Assembly (NCBI GenBank): GCA_950097015.1
Contig: CATNEN010000005.1
Coordinates: forward strand, 248,001 to 312,000
Reading direction: 5' to 3'
Length of the DNA stretch: 64,000 nucleotides
DNA from: Macrostomum hystrix
Lineage: Eukaryota > Animalia > Platyhelminthes
Shown here: positions 62,401 through 64,000 of the stretch, piece by piece
Layout of the letters: each line of letters opens with the position of its first letter
Numbering within the stretch: position 1 is the first letter of the stretch
Notes under the pieces: generated by a model
The model's database searches: none
Seen by the model: only the letters and a program-made list of their open reading frames with translations
What the model was told of the DNA's origin: nothing
Position numbers and translations under genes: made by a program

Positions 62401-64000
62401 TCTTCTTGCTTCCGTTTCTCTTCTTCTTGCTTCCGTTTCTCTTCTTCGTGCTTCCGATTCTCTTCTTCTTGCTTCCGTTTCTCTTCTTCTTGCTTCCGAT
62501 TCTCTTCTTCTTGCTTCCGTTTCTCTTCTTCTTGCTTCCGATTCTCTTCTTCTTGCTTCCGATTCTCTTCTTCTTGCTTCCGTTTCTCTTCCGCTTCGGC
62601 TTCCTCCTGCTTCCGTTTCTCTTCTTCTTGCTTCCGATTCTCTTCTTCTTGCTTCCGATTCTCTTCTTCTTGCTTCCGATTCTCTTCTTCTTGCTTCCGA
62701 TTCTCTTCTTCTTGCTTCCGATTCTCTTCTTCTTGCTTCCGTTTTTCTTCCACTTCGGCTTCCTCCTGCTTCCGTTTCTCTTCCTCCTGCTTCCGTGTCT
62801 CTTCCTCCTGCTTCCGTTTCTCTTCTTCATGCTTCCGTGTCTCTTCCGCCTCCGCTTCCGCCCGTTTCCGCTCCTCAGCTTCCGCTTGCTCCCGCTGCCG
62901 CTTCTCCTCCGCCTGAACGGCCTCCTCCTCAGTCAGTGGTGGCAGCCCCGAGCGCTGCCTGGCATAGTCGGCCTGTCGTCGTCGACGGCGAACAGCTTCG
63001 GCTAGTCGGCGAGAGCGTGATGTCTCGGCTTCCTGACGAGTGGCTTCGCGATTGGCCAAATCTGCCGGAGTCTCGTAGCGGAATGTGAGCAGGGTCGCTG
63101 GTGGCTTGGAGGCGGAGGCTTCAACGGATTCCAGCGTGACCGGCGACCCAGCTTCCTTTGCGTGCTGCGTGGGACGGGATGATCGGGGTTTGAATCTGAT
63201 GAGTCACGTGAGTCACGTGATGCTTTTAGAAAGTCGCGTGATGCTTTTAGAAAGTCACGTGATGCTTTTAGAAAGTCACGTGATGCTTTTAGAAAGTCAC
63301 GTGATGCTTTTATAAAGTCACGTGATGCTTTTATAAAGTCACGTGATGATTTTTTCAAAATCACGTAATTATTTTTTAAGTAACGTTTTGTTTTTTTGAA
63401 GTTTCTTGTTGCTTTTATAAGCAACTTGAGGCATTCTAATTATTCAGCCTTAAAAAAGTCACGTGATGCTTCTAAAGCCCACGCGATAATTTTAAAAGTC
63501 ATGTTCGTCCATGCCGTTCCATGATCACCTGATACCTAAATCACGTGATGCTTTGCTGGAGTCTAAGTTTACATTTCGCAGAAAAAAGCTTTAAGAGTCT
63601 TTCGTAGTCAAAAATTTAATAATTGAGCACATAAAGTTCGTAGAAACTTTCTGATTCCAGCATACCTTAGCAGCCGGCACAGTAGCCTCCAAAACGCCTT
63701 TACTATCTGTGCCCTTGAAAGCGATCAGTTCACCGTTTGGCAGCCGGAGTTTGAGTCGTTCCGTTGCCATAGCAACAGCCGACTCGGCAACGGCCAGCTG
63801 CACCACGGTGGGCGCATCAGCTCGCAACAGAAGCTGCTGGGGAGTCAAGAGCCTGCAGGAATCCGTCAGCCACCAACTCGGTCCGACAAAGGGAAACTGT
63901 TCCGCAGCGACAGTTCGTGACACCCCGACAGCTCTGACCAAATAGTTGAAGAAGCACTTCTCTTCTGCCTTGCCATTGTCTGTCTCGTCGTCTAGCGATG
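59450..64000 (-). CDS. 3' part of a multidomain protein: beta-rich (hillarin/KY-like?) domain, E/R/K helical repeat and dynein MTBD-like module; 5' end outside the window
   Basis: Exons >64000-63666, 63164-62054, 61090-60777, 60675-60508 and 59806-59450, frame-consistent. C-terminal module: SLLELRGYADPDQLVHQSVMAMLLLLG...|KWKRCQPLL...DVNDI...RSAAAWAFYDW|STKC. The hillarin/KY resemblance is from recall and is tentative. Confidence 0.7.
60260..60460. repeat. 25-bp minisatellite (gccaggagagaatgtacatatgcta)n
   Basis: Intronic direct tandem units. Confidence 0.9.
61110..61980. repeat. 22-bp minisatellite (aacaggtgattgtcagtgtttt)n filling an intron
   Basis: Direct tandem units. Confidence 0.95.
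62290..62830 (-). repeat. Coding 21-bp repeat encoding (EEENRKQ)n
   Basis: In-frame heptads within exon 63164-62054. Confidence 0.9.
63200..63370. repeat. 21-bp array (gtcacgtgatgcttttagaaa)n
   Basis: Intronic. Further single units lie near 63455-63550. Confidence 0.85.

Noticed and set aside
62017-63005. Plus-strand and alternative-frame ORFs (FRFSSSC, FFLLPIL and KKKRIGS repeats)
   Set aside because: They are shadows of the EEENRKQ coding repeat. Only that frame joins the flanking exons.

Overview
This is eukaryotic (animal) genomic DNA, not prokaryotic. GT-AG introns stuffed with private minisatellites and poly-Gln/Ala/Ser-rich exons suggest a flatworm such as Macrostomum, but the taxon is my inference. 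Genes reconstructed by hand, with every listed splice junction checked for reading frame: the 3' part of eIF4G (+, 267-11423); two tandem intronless, degenerate POT/SLC15-like transporters (+, 14562-15866 and 16794-18188); CDK11/PITSLRE (-, 19303-22692); a BTB-BACK-PHR protein (-, 25494-28348); a C3G/RAPGEF1-like RapGEF (+, about 34938-53396, whose N-terminal exons are absent from the ORF track); a 92-aa two-exon Cys-rich plus His-rich metallothionein-like gene also missed by the ORF track (+, 57418-58071); and the 3' part of a gene joining a beta-rich domain, an EEENRKQ helical repeat and a stand-alone dynein microtubule-binding-domain-like module (-, 59450->64000). Non-coding space holds more than 20 tandem arrays, two tRNA-derived SINE families, two MITE families and a CpG-decayed Merlin transposase relic. 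Most long ORFs in the supplied track are repeat artefacts. No database searches were run; family calls come from recalled motifs.
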